64,000 bases of DNA. It comes from Felis catus (lineage: Eukaryota). The notes beneath the pieces are model-generated. The model worked only from the letters and a program-made list of their open reading frames with translations, ran no database searches and was not told the DNA's origin. The first letter of the stretch is position 1. Every line of letters begins with the position of its first letter. The stretch lies in NCBI RefSeq assembly GCF_018350175.1, contig NC_058384.1:62868001-62932000 (forward strand), given 5' to 3'. The translations under genes and the position numbers were made by a program. Positions 13,302 to 26,600 of the stretch are shown here, in pieces.

Positions 13302-13505
13302 GGGGAGCTTGGGTGGCTCAGTTGGTTGAGTGGCCGACTCTTGACTTTGGCTCGGGTCATGATCTCACAGTTCATGTGTTCGAGCCCCATGTCGCACTCT
13401 GCGCTCACAGCGCAGAGCCTGCTACAGATCCTTTGTCTCCCTCTCTCTGCTCCTCCAGCGCACACGCTCTCTCTCAAAAATAAACAAACGTTAAGAAACA
13501 AAAAG
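13302..13505 (+). mobile_element. Can-SINE
   Basis: Head, (CT)n, aataaa tail; TSD gagcaaag. Confidence 0.92.
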
Positions 13506-15183
13506 GAGCAAAGGATATGAACAGACACTTCTCCCAAAAAGATCAATGGCCAATAACCACATGAAAAAAATGCCTCATCATTAGTCGTCAGGGAAATGTA
13601 GATCAAAACTACAATGAGATACACTTCACACCCACTAGGATGGCTAAAGGAAGACCGATGATAACGAGTATTGATGAGGCGATGGAGAAATTAGGATCTT
13701 CATACATTGCTGTTAAAAAACAAAAACAAAACAGTGCAACCACTTTCTCAAGAAGTTATACGGAGTTAACATATGAACCAGCAATCCCACTGCTAGGTAT
13801 GCACCCCCCTCCCCCACCAAAAAAAAAAAAAAATGAAGACGTAAGGCCACACAAATACTTGTGCATGAACGCTCATAGCCACATTATGCACGATAGCCCC
13901 AAAATGGAAACGACTCAAGTGTCTACCAATGGAGGGATGTGCAAAGAAAACGTATTGTTATTCGGCAGTAAAAAGCACTGGGGTACGGACACATGCTACC
14001 TCACGGATGAACTTCAGCATCATGCCGGGTGGAAGCAGCTAGTCACCAAAGACTACACCTTATAGGAAACATCCAGAACAGGCAAATCCATAGAAACAGG
14101 AAGTAGGTAAGCAGTTGCCAGGAATCGGGAGATTAGGAGCGATAGGGTCCTTTGGGCGGGATACAAATGGTCTGCAATTCGATAGTGGTGGCATCTGTGC
14201 TACAAGGTGATTATTCTAAAAACCACTGAATTGTACGGTTAAAATTCACATACCATAAAACTCACTGCATCTTCTCAGTAAAGCTGTGATCTTAAAAACC
14301 CACACACAAAAAATAACCGTCCTTCTTTTGATTTGCTGTGGACAAGAAACTGGAATTACAACCAAAATGGGTTCTGAGTGAGCCTCTGAAGTGCTCTCTT
14401 TAAGGCAAGGCCATGACCCTCAACATCCACTCTGGCTGCCCAAACGCTCGTCCGTGCGAGTCCACACTGCTGGCTGTCATCTAGCTGCTTAAATTCACCA
14501 GATAAAGCATTCCAAGGGAAAAAATATGAGCTATAACTGTACTGAATTTTAGCGCTAGTTCTAGAAGATATATTTCCCTCCCCCAAAGAATACGCATTTT
14601 TCCACACTGTAAGAGTATAGCAATCTCATTTCACGTCCCGACTCTCCAATGCAATAAAATGAAACAGAAGCTCACAAAATAGATTATTTCTGTATCACGC
14701 TGAACCTTCTAAAGCAAAGAGTCCAAACACCATGACATTTCTGGGACTGTCTGGGTGAACCAGGCACGCAAGGGCGATCCCAAAACACAAAGAGTGCTCA
14801 TCTTCTAGGCGGGAATAGATTCTTAAAGACACACCAAGAAAAAAGATAAAATAACGTATCCTACGTTTTGCAGCTTAGAAATTTCAACGTTCAAGACCAT
14901 GAGTGAAAGGGGGGAAAAAAAGAAAAGGCCACAGTGAGACTAAGGAAAGGAAGTAGATTTCAGGGTTGGGAGGGACAGTAAATACAGATCATGTTGCCTG
15001 ACCCCCCACGCACATACATACACCTGGAATTTTAATCTCTTCTGTAGGTGCCCGCCACATCGTCAACCAGCAATGCTTAAATACTACCCCCGATGAAGAG
15101 ATCACTCCCTCAGACGACAGCTGCTAGAAAGTTCTCCCTTTTATGGAAGGTTAAAATTGGTCTCTATAAAGACTCAGACTCCA

Positions 15184-15409
15184 GCGGTGCCTGGATGGCT
15201 CAGTCAGTTGAGCATCTGACTCTTGATTTCGGCTCAGGTCATGATCTCACGGTTTGTGAGTTCGAGCCCCCACATCGGGCTCCGCACTGATGGTGCAGAG
15301 CCTGCTTCCGATTCTTGCTCTCTCTCCCTCTCTCTCTGCCCCTCACGTGCGTGCGTGCTCGCTCTCTCTCTCTCTCTCTCTCAAAATAAATAAGCTTAAA
15401 AAAAACCAA
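15184..15409 (+). mobile_element. Can-SINE
   Basis: Head, (CT)n, polyA; TSD aaagaYtcagactc. Confidence 0.93.
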
Positions 15410-16574
15410 AAAGATTCAGACTCTACTCTGTCCTCAAGATGTTTCTCATCACCCGGCAGCCATGGGCCTGCTCTTGTATACATTAGAGCTCTTCTCCTCT
15501 TTCAAGTTCAAGTTATGGGTAAGGCCTCCCCACCCTCCTCAATAAGGGGTCTCAGGTGCTACCAGCTCTACCAAGCACCACCATGGGTGCCCTCTGGCAG
15601 GCTTAGGCTGAGGAGGGGCAGTCTAGATCAGAATAAAGCGAGGAACAACAAAGTAAGTGAGAAGGGGCACGGGAGGGACACCAGAGGCGCCGGGAAAGCC
15701 AGCTGCCCCAAGAGGCTACGCTTTCACCCCGACGCCACCCGAACCCTGAGCAGCAGACGCTCGAGAACTCCAGCAGACGCCTGAGCCGCTCCGCTCTGGG
15801 CTCAGCCACGAGGCTGCACTGGTCTCTCATCAGTGTGCAACGGAGGCCACGGATACCGGTTCCTTTTTCTCCCACAAGAGCTGAGAAAACAAAAGGCTCG
15901 TGCGCTCCATCTCTGAAAGGAGAACTAACGCAGAGACAGACCGGTTATTGACAAGAACAAGGGAGGCAAAGCTGGTCTCTAGTGACCTTTTACTCCTCAT
16001 TCTCGATCCCTTTCCTCACCTTTCCAGGTACCCTGTATCCAGCCCTCCTTCCAGGGCGGCAGCCGTTCTCTCCGCGATCTCCTTGCCCCCTTCCCTTGTC
16101 CCCACCAAAACTCCCCTGTCCTCTGTTCCAAGTCCCTCTCCCCACTCCGCACACAGCCAGCTAATTAGATAAACCAACCCGTGGTAGGACAACACTGGTG
16201 CCAATGGCCGGACTAATGAGCCTGCCTTCCTAGCATCTCACGGAAACCCAACATCCTCAGCAGCTACTCGCTGGCCAGAGTTCCCAGCACGGAGCATCAG
16301 ACCATACAGTGGCTATTTGGGGACCGAGATGCCTTTTCACCAGCCCCTTCAAATCACGACATGGAAGCTTCCATGTTTTCCACCCAAAGACAAGCAGAGC
16401 CTCTGCACAGAGAATTAGAGAGGCTGGGATCAAGGACCGGTCAGGGAGGGAGCAAGGTACAGCAGAAAGAACCTGGACTTTCGAGTCAGATCTGGATTAA
16501 AATCAGCTGCGGTTTCTTCTTCTACAAAACAGGACGAAGTCTACCCTCCTTACAGAGCCGCCATCAATGAGATA

Positions 16575-16783
16575 GGGGCGCCTGGGGGGCTCAGTGGGTT
16601 GAACGTCCAACTTTGGCTCAGGTCATGATCTCACAGTTCGTGGGTTGGAGCCCCGCGTCGGGCTCTGTGCTGACAGCTCGGAGCCTAGAGCCTGCTTCGG
16701 ATTCTGTGTCTCCCTCTCTCTCTGCCCCTCTCCTGCTCATGCTGTCTCTCAAAAATAAATAAATGTAAAAAAAAAAAAAAATT
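16575..16783 (+). mobile_element. Can-SINE inserted in a MIR relic
   Basis: Head, (CT)n, polyA; TSD tcaatgagata. Confidence 0.94.
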
Positions 16784-18457
16784 TCAATGAGATAACGCAC
16801 ATAAAGTGCTCGGTTCATACATCTTTTCAGCTCTCTAGGTTAGCTCTCCCCGTTGTACTTGGTTCATTCATCAGTCGTGAGTTCTGTTTGATTCTTAAGA
16901 TTAACTGTGCCCACCCTAACTAGACTGCAATAACTAGGAGTCGCTGTTGTCATCAACACCGTTTCTGAATACCCGGCACAAAGCCTGGCCCATCAAACAA
17001 ATGAACAAACACGTGGCAGCTTTTCCTGTGAAGCAAAATCTTTCAGATGTTGTTCTCTTACCTCCCTTCAGGCAATCCCAGACTGCCAGCCTGCATCTAA
17101 TGACCCACCTTCCCATGGTGATCACCCAACAGTCCTCCTAGCAGAGTAATTAATCACCACCACCACCCACCGCACAGCAAATACTTTTGCAATGACTTTT
17201 CAGATACGGTCATCCAGGTAACCTAAAGGAGGCAGGAAGTCTAGGAAATCAAAAGTCACAGTAACAAGTCCTCTTACCAAGTGGTAGAGGGTAAGCCGCA
17301 GAGATAATCAAGAAGTCTAATCAAAGAGAAGAGCCCACAAGGGTAGCCAGTGAGAGGAGGCAGAAACGAGAACACCTGGACTGTGAAGACAGTTTCCCAG
17401 AGAGAAGAAAGGACAGAAGTGAAGCATAAGCACAGGAGGGCATCTCCAAAGGCTTTCACCCCCACCTCTTGTTTTACTCCGACAAGGCAGGACACAGGTG
17501 TCCAATGATCAAGTGCTTTGCTCTAAGTCACCCAGTTAGAGTCAAGATGGGACTACGACCCGGGTGTCCCGGCCTCCAAGTCAATGCTCTAAAAACAGCA
17601 TGACAGAATTGAATCAAAAGACTGGGCAGTCCCAGTCGCAGCTAAACTGGTCTACAAAGAGGAGCCAGCTGGTCAACCTCCTTGCATCTCGTCTTCTTCA
17701 CGGGAAATGGAACTTTATCAAGGCGAGTAAACGAGACTATGTAAGAGCATACAGTAGCCTATCAGAGAGCTCCAAGCCTTTATTAAAAAGTTAAAGAGAA
17801 CTTTTTATCTGCCAAAGATCAGGGAGCAAGAAGAAGAGATTGTAAGGGGGGGGGGAGTGGGTTATAATAATAATAAGGAATACCCAAGCTCTATCCTAAC
17901 AAAGAACTAGGTTTGGAAGGTATTGTCTGGAGAACCTTGAATGAATACAAGAGGAATCAGGTTACAGAAAAGGAAGCGGTCTGGAACAGGGACAGAAGGG
18001 GCTGCAGGCAAAGGTCCCTCAGGGACCTGGAGAAAAGCTCTAGAAAACAAAAGACTCTGCCCAACCAGGCCTAAAGCTGAACTTCAAATCACACTCTTTG
18101 CCTCCCATTCTGAGATGCCAACAAAGCACAGCCAGTGTCTAGATTTTTAAGGAGAAATGGGTATTTTAAGTAAAGATTTTTGTGGAGAGGTGGAAAAGAG
18201 CCACGTTATGTAGCACAGAGCTAACGAAAACCTGTTGGCTGTCCTTGTTAGCGGTCTACCGGATCCTTGTTGTTCTGGGAGATTCAGAGAACACTTAGGG
18301 AGGGGAGGAGCCAAAAGCCAGCATGCGTGGAGAGGGAGCCACCAGGGAGAGGACCCTGATCCACAAGGAGCCTTCCCACCAGATGCTCGCCCGTCATGAG
18401 CCATGAAGTTCCTGGAGCATGAAGGGCAGGGCGGAGGATGGGAAGGGGAGGCCAACC

Positions 18458-18793
18458 AGGTGACCAGCCATCTCCATTTATCTAGAGATATCCTCGTTTT
18501 TACTTTTTTTTTAATATTTATATTTGAGAGAGAGCATGCGTGCGCAAGCAGGGGAGGGTTAGAGGGGGGGGGGAGACAGAATCCAAAGCAGGCTCCAGGC
18601 TCCAAGCTGTCAGCACAGAGCCCGACACTGGGCTCAAACTCACGAGCTGTGAGGTCATGCCCTGAGCTGGAGTTGGATGCTTAACTGACTGAGCCACCCA
18701 GGTGCCCTTACAGCTGTCCTGGGTTTTAGCACTGAAAATTCCACATCAGAGAAATCCCCATTCCAGGGTAAACCTGTCCTGGTTGGTCACCCC
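18458..18793. mobile_element. MER81-like hAT MITE interrupted by a Can-SINE
   Basis: Inverted termini ggtgaccagc...ggttggtcaccc; internal gttttagcactgaaa motif. Confidence 0.7.
18504..18707 (-). mobile_element. Can-SINE
   Basis: Reverse-complement head, T-rich tail. Confidence 0.92.
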
Positions 18794-19188
18794 AGGCGCC
18801 GTGTCCCCTTTCCCCTCTATCCTGGTTTGCCCAGCAAGATGGTGAAACACTCCTGACCTAGCAGGAGTGCTTCAGGTGTCATCAGCCTTACCAGCTAAGC
18901 ACACCAACTCTCCCAGAGAATGGCCTTCTTGCTGCCTCAGCTCCTGGAAAAAGTTATAGCAAAGGAAGGAAGACTGAAGAGCAAAGAAGATCAGCCCCTT
19001 GGGGTGTCTCCCAGACCCCAGACTCCCCATCTTGCCAGAGGTACAGGGATGTCCTCTGAGAAGTAGTACTCAGCCCCACCAGCTTCTTCCTCTGTCATCT
19101 GCCCGGGATGGACTGGTGGGGGGAGGGGGGTGCAAAAGAACAAAATAAAATGCTCAAGAGTATAACGATTAATAACCACATTAATATC

Positions 19189-19414
19189 GGGGCGCCTGGG
19201 TGGCTCAGTCAGTTAAGCGTCCGACTTTAGCTCAGGTCATGATCTCGCGGTTCAAGAGTGGGAGCCCCGCAACGGGCTCTGTGCTGATGGCTCAGAGCCT
19301 GGAGCCTGCTTCAGATTCTGTGTCTCCCTCTCTCTGCCCCTCCCCCACTTGCGCTCTATCTCTCTCTCAAAAATAAATTAACAAAAAAAAATTTTTTTAA
19401 CTCTATTAAAAAAA
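19189..19414 (+). mobile_element. Can-SINE
   Basis: Canonical head ggggcgcctgggtggctcagtc, (CT)n, A-tail. Confidence 0.94.
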
Positions 19415-19744
19415 TGACCACAATATCAATGTACACATTTCTGTACAAATCCCAAGAACTGCAAACTCCTCACCCACTATGACCACGGTTTCATCCTCTT
19501 GGGCCACTCTTCCCACGCTTACAAAACCAAACCAAAGGAAAACCATGTGCCCCATCACCACCACCACCCCACTACCCAACAGAAGGGTGCACTGATTTCT
19601 CTGAGCTTCAGCCTCCCTAAACAGGGGTCAGGACACCTGTTCTTCCCACCCCTTAGCGGGCAGAGAGTGTTTGTGAGGCTCGATGGAGTGATCGATGGGA
19701 ACAGATTTTGCAAATCATAAAGCTCTGCAAAAGCGGATATTATT

Positions 19745-19794
19745 TTCAATGTTTGTTTTTAAGAGTGAGCGAGCATGCGCATAAGCAGGGAAGG

Positions 19795-19844
<50 letters not shown>

Positions 19845-19976
19845 CCCTAGCAGGCTCCATACTGTCAGCACAGAGCCCAACGCAGGGCTCGAACTCAAAC
19901 TCACAAACCGTGAGACCGCATCCGGCACCAAAACCGAGAGTCTGACGCTTAACCGACTGAGCCACCCAAGCGCCCC
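19745..19976 (-). mobile_element. Can-SINE with expanded (GA)n at about 19798-19842
   Basis: Reverse-complement head; long GA dinucleotide tract. Confidence 0.92.
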
Positions 19977-19995
19977 AAGACGTGAAGTTATTATA

Positions 19996-20117
19996 GGGGC
20001 TCCTGGGTGGCTCAGTTAAGCATCCGACTCTTGATCTCAGCTCAGGCCTCGATCTCGGGGGTCTTCAAGCCCCGCGTTGGGCTCTGTGCTGGGTACGAAG
20101 CCTACTTGAGAAAAAAC
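19996..20117 (+). mobile_element. Short Can-SINE
   Basis: Head ggggctcctgggtggctcag, no (CT)n tract. Confidence 0.85.
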
Positions 20118-20699
20118 GGTGAGGGGAGGGGGCGGGGCAAAAATCTTAAAAGGTGATATTATTGCGATAGAGTGGAAATGTGGCACCGGCTCCCTGCCTG
20201 CTAAGATGGGGAGCAGGAGGTACAATCAAAGGGAGAAGGGAGGGTGGAGCCAAACCAAAGCACCAGCCTTTCTGGGTGGGGGGACCACAGACTCTCCCTT
20301 TCTACAGCCCTATCTGCTCCCAGGACGCAGAGCAATGCGCTCCAGTCGGGGGCTGCCCTCAGTCACCACCTCTCTCCTGCAAAGGGAGAAGCAGAGCCAT
20401 TCTCCAGATGCCATGGCCCAAGACTGGAACCGTAAAGATCACCAGACTGGTTAGTACTATCAGTTTCCACTTTGGGATAGCTCAGAGGCGGCCCGGCATT
20501 GAGTGAGCCTCAATTTCTTCATCTGAAAACGGAGATGATACTTCAGTGAAGGGCTTAACGTGAAAAATAAGACATGTAAAGTACAGGGTGTACCTCACTA
20601 CATGGGAAGTCTTCCGCGAAGAGCTGTGAATTCAAAGGAAAGGCTTCGGACGTATCCGTGCCCTTCGGTTGCTGAAAACACACAGCTTGATGGCATTAT

Positions 20700-21445
20700 C
20701 TAACCCCCTTTGTGAGATCTTGTGAGTTCTGGCCAATACAATGTGAACAGAAGTGATGCTCACCACCACCAAATCTGGTTATTAAAAAGATTCCCACGGG
20801 ACATCCTTGCTGTCTTTCCCATTCAAGGAGGATAAACTAGATGCAAAGGGTCTGGGTCCGCAAGGAACTAAGGACTGTGCGGTGAGAAGTGACAAATACT
20901 GACCGACGGAAGTCACTGAGATTCGGGTGTATGGTAACCAGCCTCTGAGATGGCTCTAGATGATTCGTTTCCTGGTATTCACACCCCAGTGTAGTTCCCT
21001 CCAAGCGTGAATAGGCTGATCTGAGGAACCAGTAAGATGTTACAGAAATGACAGAGTATGAATTCTGTAGGTGGGTTTTTAGAGTAAACCTTTTACCCCT
21101 CTCTGTTCACTTCCTCTGGGCAAAGCCTACCGCCATGTCCTGGAGCGACCTGAGCAGCTCTACGGACAGATCCGTGAGGCCACAGCCAGCTCCCATCTGC
21201 CAGCCATTCAAGTGCACCATCTTGGAACTGGATTCTCCAGTCCCATCAAGTCTTCAGATGACTGCAATCTCCGAAGCGCCTTGGAACAAGAGCCCCCAGC
21301 TAAGCTGTTCCCGCAAACTTGACCCACAGAAACTATGTGATGTCATAAATGATTATGGTTGTTTCTGGGAGCTAAATTTTGAGGTAACTGGCAGCTAGTA
21401 CACAATACGTTTGTTACGTTAGCTGGAGTTATTTAACAAATCAAT
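20700..21445 (+). mobile_element. Older MLT1(I/J)-like MaLR LTR split by a second MLT1
   Basis: ttctggccaat..cagaagtgatg motif; end motif aagtcactgagatt..|..tttgttac is split by the insert. Confidence 0.55.
20930..21409 (+). mobile_element. MLT1(F/G)-like MaLR solo LTR
   Basis: Starts tatggtaaccagcctctgagatggc..cctggtattcacacc; ends gacccacagaaact..gctaaattttgaggtaa..aatac. Confidence 0.75.
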
Positions 21446-23399
21446 GTATTATGTATCCAAAGAAACTGTCCAATGCATTCTGTTCCTTCAGGTTATTTAA
21501 TGTGAGGGACAGACGGCGGGCTCCCCTGACCACACCACTTGCACAGTTTCTCACTCACAGATACAGATATGTTTACACACACGCTCCAAGCCAATCCACA
21601 GCTGTTGTAACTTTCAGTTAAGGAGGGTGTTCTGTCTATGATTTATGGACGGAGAGGAGCTTGAGTAACCCCAGGAGAAATGCCAGCTTGCGTATCTAAC
21701 ACGATAGTAAGACAGAATCGTGTGTGTATGCAAGCACATGTGCGTGTGTTAAGGCACAGGACAGATGTCGAGCGATTGCGGTAGAGAGAAGGCATCAGGT
21801 TTTGATTAATGCGACAGCAGAACGGGAGGCAGGCAACTGAACAGGCTGAAGAACGGGGTTAGAAAACAAGGAGAAAGGGCAGAAAAGGGTCCCCACACAC
21901 AGACCTCTAGAAAGAAGAGAGAGCTCTGCAGTTTATCTCTAGGGCCTCTGCGTCCCTGGACTGCCTCATCTTTAAAGAAAACACAGCAACCCACCATGCT
22001 GCTCCCCTCTGAGAGCACTCCTAGAAACTATGGTGATGGGTACCATCAAATCAGATCAATAGATATAAAAGCATCCGGAAACACACGCCAACCCAAATCC
22101 GGTTAAATTGCATGCAAATGGCAAATCAATAGCCTTGCAGAAGCACGGAGGGACAGACACATGGCTCTGGGGGTAGCAGGAGTGGCCCAGAATTTGAATG
22201 TACACAACAGTGTGGCTGAGAGGCTGAAATTGACCGAGAGGAGATAGATGGATAGGAAATGTCGGGAGGCGGTTCTGCCGTAGGAGGCGGTGGTGTCCAA
22301 GCGCCAACCGTGCCTTGCCTCCTAACTGGGGGTGGGGAGAGCATCTATACGTGACAAAGTCAAAGAAGTGAAGGAAGATGGCACTCCAACGCTCAGCTTC
22401 CACCTGTATCACCAGGAGCAAGGGCCCTGAGGACTCAGGGTAGGGGCGAGATTCAAAGACCAAGTCCCAAGACGCCCAGGATCTCCAAATCCTCGTACGC
22501 TTTCCCACGCGTCCCCCAGGAAGCTGGGACCTGCTGCACTGTGACCTGCGCTCTGGCTGGCCTGACGCAATCCGCCGCTTCCACAAGTCCCGGGGCGTGT
22601 TTAGGAGGGCAGCACCCGTCCCGCAAAGGCCAAGAGGCACTTCTGTCTGCTCAAAGGCGGCTCCCTTCACGCCAGCTGAGAAGCAATTAAAGACAAACGC
22701 TATGGTTCTGCCACCAACTTGTCTCCTGAACTTTGGCAAGCCACCCAACATGAGATTGCCCACCGGCGAAAGGTAAGGCATGCACCCACCTCCGCGGCAC
22801 GGGGCGGGGCGAGGGACAGAATATCTCCAGAAGGCAGTGGGAAAATGAGAGCGTGAGCCCAGGGCGCCATACCAGGAAAACAGAATCTGAGGTTCTAATT
22901 TGACATTTTCATTTCAAAATCTGCAGTGGATTCCACTTTGCAGTAGGAGGGAGTAATTCACGAGACTGAAGCTCCATAAGGAGAAGGACACGATCTTGCA
23001 TTTGTTTTCATATCCAGCCCAGAATTAGAAGAGGTTAGATAAAAGAGCAAGGGGGCGGGGGTAGGGGGATCACGAGCCAGATTTCTATAATTAAGTACTT
23101 GGTTGAATCAACACCGTAACTTCTTAAAGTATTAAAAGTATGAAGGATCCCCATGTGGTTGGCTTTCCACGTACAGTTTTCCTGCCCTGGAACTCTTTCT
23201 TTTCTCTTAAATCTCTTCACGTTCCACCCTCTTCACGACGTGGTTCGATCTCATTTCCTTCCCTACACAACGTTCTCCAACCCCCTCCAGCCCACAGCAG
23301 AATCTCCACTTCTGACGAGGTTTGCAGCATTTGTTGAAACCGATTGTCACAGTACTAACCTGGGTTGTTTTAATGTTCTCACTTGCTCATATAACAGTT

Positions 23400-23611
23400 T
23401 TTTTTTTAATGTTTATTTATTTTTTGAGAGACAGAGTGAGACAGAGTGTGAGTGGGGGAGGGTCAGAGAGAGGGAGACACAGAATCCGAAGCAGGCTCCA
23501 GGCTCTGAGCTGTCAGCACAGAGCCCCACACGGGGCTCGAACTCACGGACCGCGAGATCATGACCTGAGCTGAGGTCTGATGGCCAACCGACTGAGCCAC
23601 CCAGGTGCCCC
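23400..23611 (-). mobile_element. Can-SINE
   Basis: Reverse-complement head; TSD ctcatataacagtt. Confidence 0.94.
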
Positions 23612-26600
23612 TCATATAACAGTTCTCACTAGACTCCCCAAATCTCAGCATCCTAGATTGCATTGTGTGCCTAAATCGCGCCCCCTACAACACTTAATCA
23701 CATATACACAGGCAGGCAAGTATAGAAGTTTTCAAATTAAAAAAAAAAATGTTTGGAGTTCCCACCTCAAAAGTCAATTCATAATATTCCATTTCCTAAA
23801 CAAATTTAAGGGACACGGGCAAACGAAATGACATGCAGTCCACTTAATGAACTAAATTAACTGCTAAAGCACTTTAGCTAGACGTTAAATGCATGCTAAA
23901 GTTCATTTAGGATGAGGCCTTTGGTGTTCTAGAAAACAGGTCTGTTTGTCACCGCTGCTCTCGAAATTCAGTTACCCTTCCTGAGTTTCCACGAAGGTCA
24001 GAAGTGTCCCCGACATCCTCATGCTTTAAGGCAGAGCCCCAGATGGTGACAGTAATTGCCAAGCTGCAAGGTAAACTTGGGTCTGCCCCCTCCCCGCACG
24101 ACCTGGCTGTCCCCCTGGGAGACAAAGAAACGAAGGCTTCCGTTTCTCAGAGTCCCCAGTAAATGCCAGTTCTGTGGGTAGAACAGGTGTTCCCCTATCA
24201 AGATCATATCCACACATTCAGGACATTTGTACCAACTGTTCTTGTCCTCCAGTACTGGAAATCTTCCAGAATGAGAAAGAAATTCATCTTCCCACGATTC
24301 CAAGAGCCTGTCTTTCCCTCTCGTGATCTGTAAAAGTCAAAAGCCTTTGTAGATACTCAGCATGCACACTGTCCTTGAGAAGCCTGCAGCCCGAAACCAC
24401 CCGGCCGGTCCTTCCTCCGTCACCCAGCCCGCAGCCACGACCACTGAGGATATGAAAACTCGAAGACACAACAACGATCTTCTACGAGAACCCAGGTTAC
24501 AAGGACAGACCTGCGCTTGGACAAGACAAAGTACTCAGGTCACCGCTGTGATGAGCTCCTACCTACGAGACACAGCGGCAGCACAGAAGGCCAAAACCTA
24601 AGTTGATCAGGTCAGGTCAGACGTCTTCACTGAAGAGTCAGCTTGAAGGAGAAACAGCTCCTGTCACACGGCAGCTGAGGAGGAGCCCGTTCCCGACGGG
24701 AGCACAGCACGCACACACAGAGCCGCGGTCCACATGGTTTCTAGGGGCCGCACGTCCTCTCACCCGGGGACAGGAGGACTTACGCAAACTTTGTTCAGAT
24801 GCATATGGCCGCTTCGTGGAGGACAGACCGGTGAGAGAGAAGGACCTGAACCAGAGCCACAGAATCAGGGCAGGAGGGGGGGGATACCCACGAGGCACTG
24901 AGACAGGCCTGGGAAACTCATCAGATGTGGCCGTTCGGGAGGGGGACAGAACCAGGATGATTTTCGGGACTCCTCTAAACATCTGCATCTCCGCTTGTCA
25001 CCCTCTCCCCACCGCCCACCACCCTCACCTGTTTTTGAAAGACATTATCCATTACACCCGCACTCGCTATGGCTATGACTCATTCCTCAGATTTGTGTAA
25101 TTGACCATAAAGGCAATATTGATGGCGGTGTCACCTGTCTTTTATCCCATTTAATTCCTAAGGTGTCCTTCTGAGCTGATTTCATTTTCTCTCCCTTTTC
25201 GAATACATACGATTTGGGGGAAATGTCTCCCCTTCCTTCCCTCCTCCCTGCCCAGCCCACTTTGCATCAAGTTCGTGGGGCAGGAACTAGATCTGCTTCT
25301 GTGTTCTGCTTCACGCCAAGTAGGTTCTTGGCACTCGGTGAATGCTGGTTACTTCTACCGACCACGGAAATAATAACAACAATCTATAAATACCTCGGCT
25401 TCCTGCAGCGAAGAGGAACTAACCACACTGCAATTAAGGAAAAGCTGGAGAAAACATTTAGTTAGCAACTTCTCAAGGCAGACAACAAGATTAAGGCAAT
25501 AAATACCAGTTCCAACATATTTCCTTGGTGGAGTTTCATATTAGTCCAATAAAATGCTGAAGACCACCCACTGCCCCAGCAGAATGCTAACAACATATGA
25601 GTCACCCGATGGCTAAAACTGAGCAGATTCATCTATCACGTAAAAGAGAATAATAAACATCAATAATTTATACTGCTGTCGGATTACAAAAAGGAGAGAT
25701 TGTTCTAAAATCTCATTCGTATAAAATACCACTTTTAGAACAAGAGAACAGCACGAGAGCATGACCTCATTTATAGACTTGAGGGAAAACTGTTAATGGT
25801 CCCTGGGTTCAGACACAATGGTAACCAAGAGGGGTATGCAATCTACTAGAGCTGCCTCTATCAAAAATAGGTAAGACACACAAGGGATATAAACTGTTTG
25901 GTGGGATTAAAAGGTCTCCTGTGGCCAAGTTAGGAAAATAGAACCAAATGCTGGGAATCTAAGATAACAATGACTTGCCTCTGCCGTTAAAGAGTTTCAT
26001 GACAAGTGTCTAAGGCTTGAACACCAAGAACACAGACAAATTAAGTAGACTAACATAACAAGCACACACCTGGAGAGCAGTTTAGGTAAACGGCTGCTAG
26101 AGAGTGAACACAGATGGAACTGGAGTGACGAACCCAGAAATCCCAGCCAACGCATGACCTCGTGATATTCCATCAACTACGATCACTGTACCTTGTTAAC
26201 ACCAAAGCTTCAATGAGGTGCCAAGTCAAGAGACCACAAAGGAAAAGACAAAACGCCTACAGCTCAGAGAAAACAGCCAGAGCAAACAAGGAAACCGGGA
26301 CACCTTCAGGCAAAGCCAGAAACCTTACCTAGCGGAGAACTCTGGTTTCAAGAAAACAGATCTCTACCCCACCATGGATCACCCAGAGAGCACTGGGTAT
26401 ATACTGGGTAACTGGGGTCAACCAAAGGGGTCTTGAGCCCAGGAGAGGCCGCTCACGGCCCACAGGGCTGAGGGACTCAACATGGAGACATGTGCGCTGG
26501 GAATTAGATCATCATCAGAATATTGTACCCTAATGTCAGTTTCAGAACACAGTTACCACCACTTTCCGTATTACTTTAATAAGCTGAGATTACACTGAAC

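Larger units (their letters stand above)
10750..14290 (+). mobile_element. Degenerate 5'-truncated LINE-1 (L1MB-like), ORF2 RT/C-terminus plus 3' UTR, interrupted by an LTR and two SINEs
   Basis: ORF fragments PTATILLNGERLNVFPLRSG..QG..SSLLFN..LEVLAR (RT) and ILKFMWKSKGPRIAKTIL..VWYWHK.RHINQWSKIESPEINP are L1 ORF2 motifs; 3' end aaaaaccactgaattgtac; many stops and frameshifts. Confidence 0.92.

Noticed and set aside
15600-15896. Acceptor-like ccttttgttttctcAG on the minus strand at about 15881
   Set aside because: No convincing downstream donor and no frame resembling NOS1AP
18844-18873. Small hairpin cactcctg-acctag-caggagtg
   Set aside because: An 8-bp stem is expected by chance in 64 kb
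22056-22781. 241-aa minus-strand ORF
   Set aside because: No recognisable domain and no match to NOS1AP
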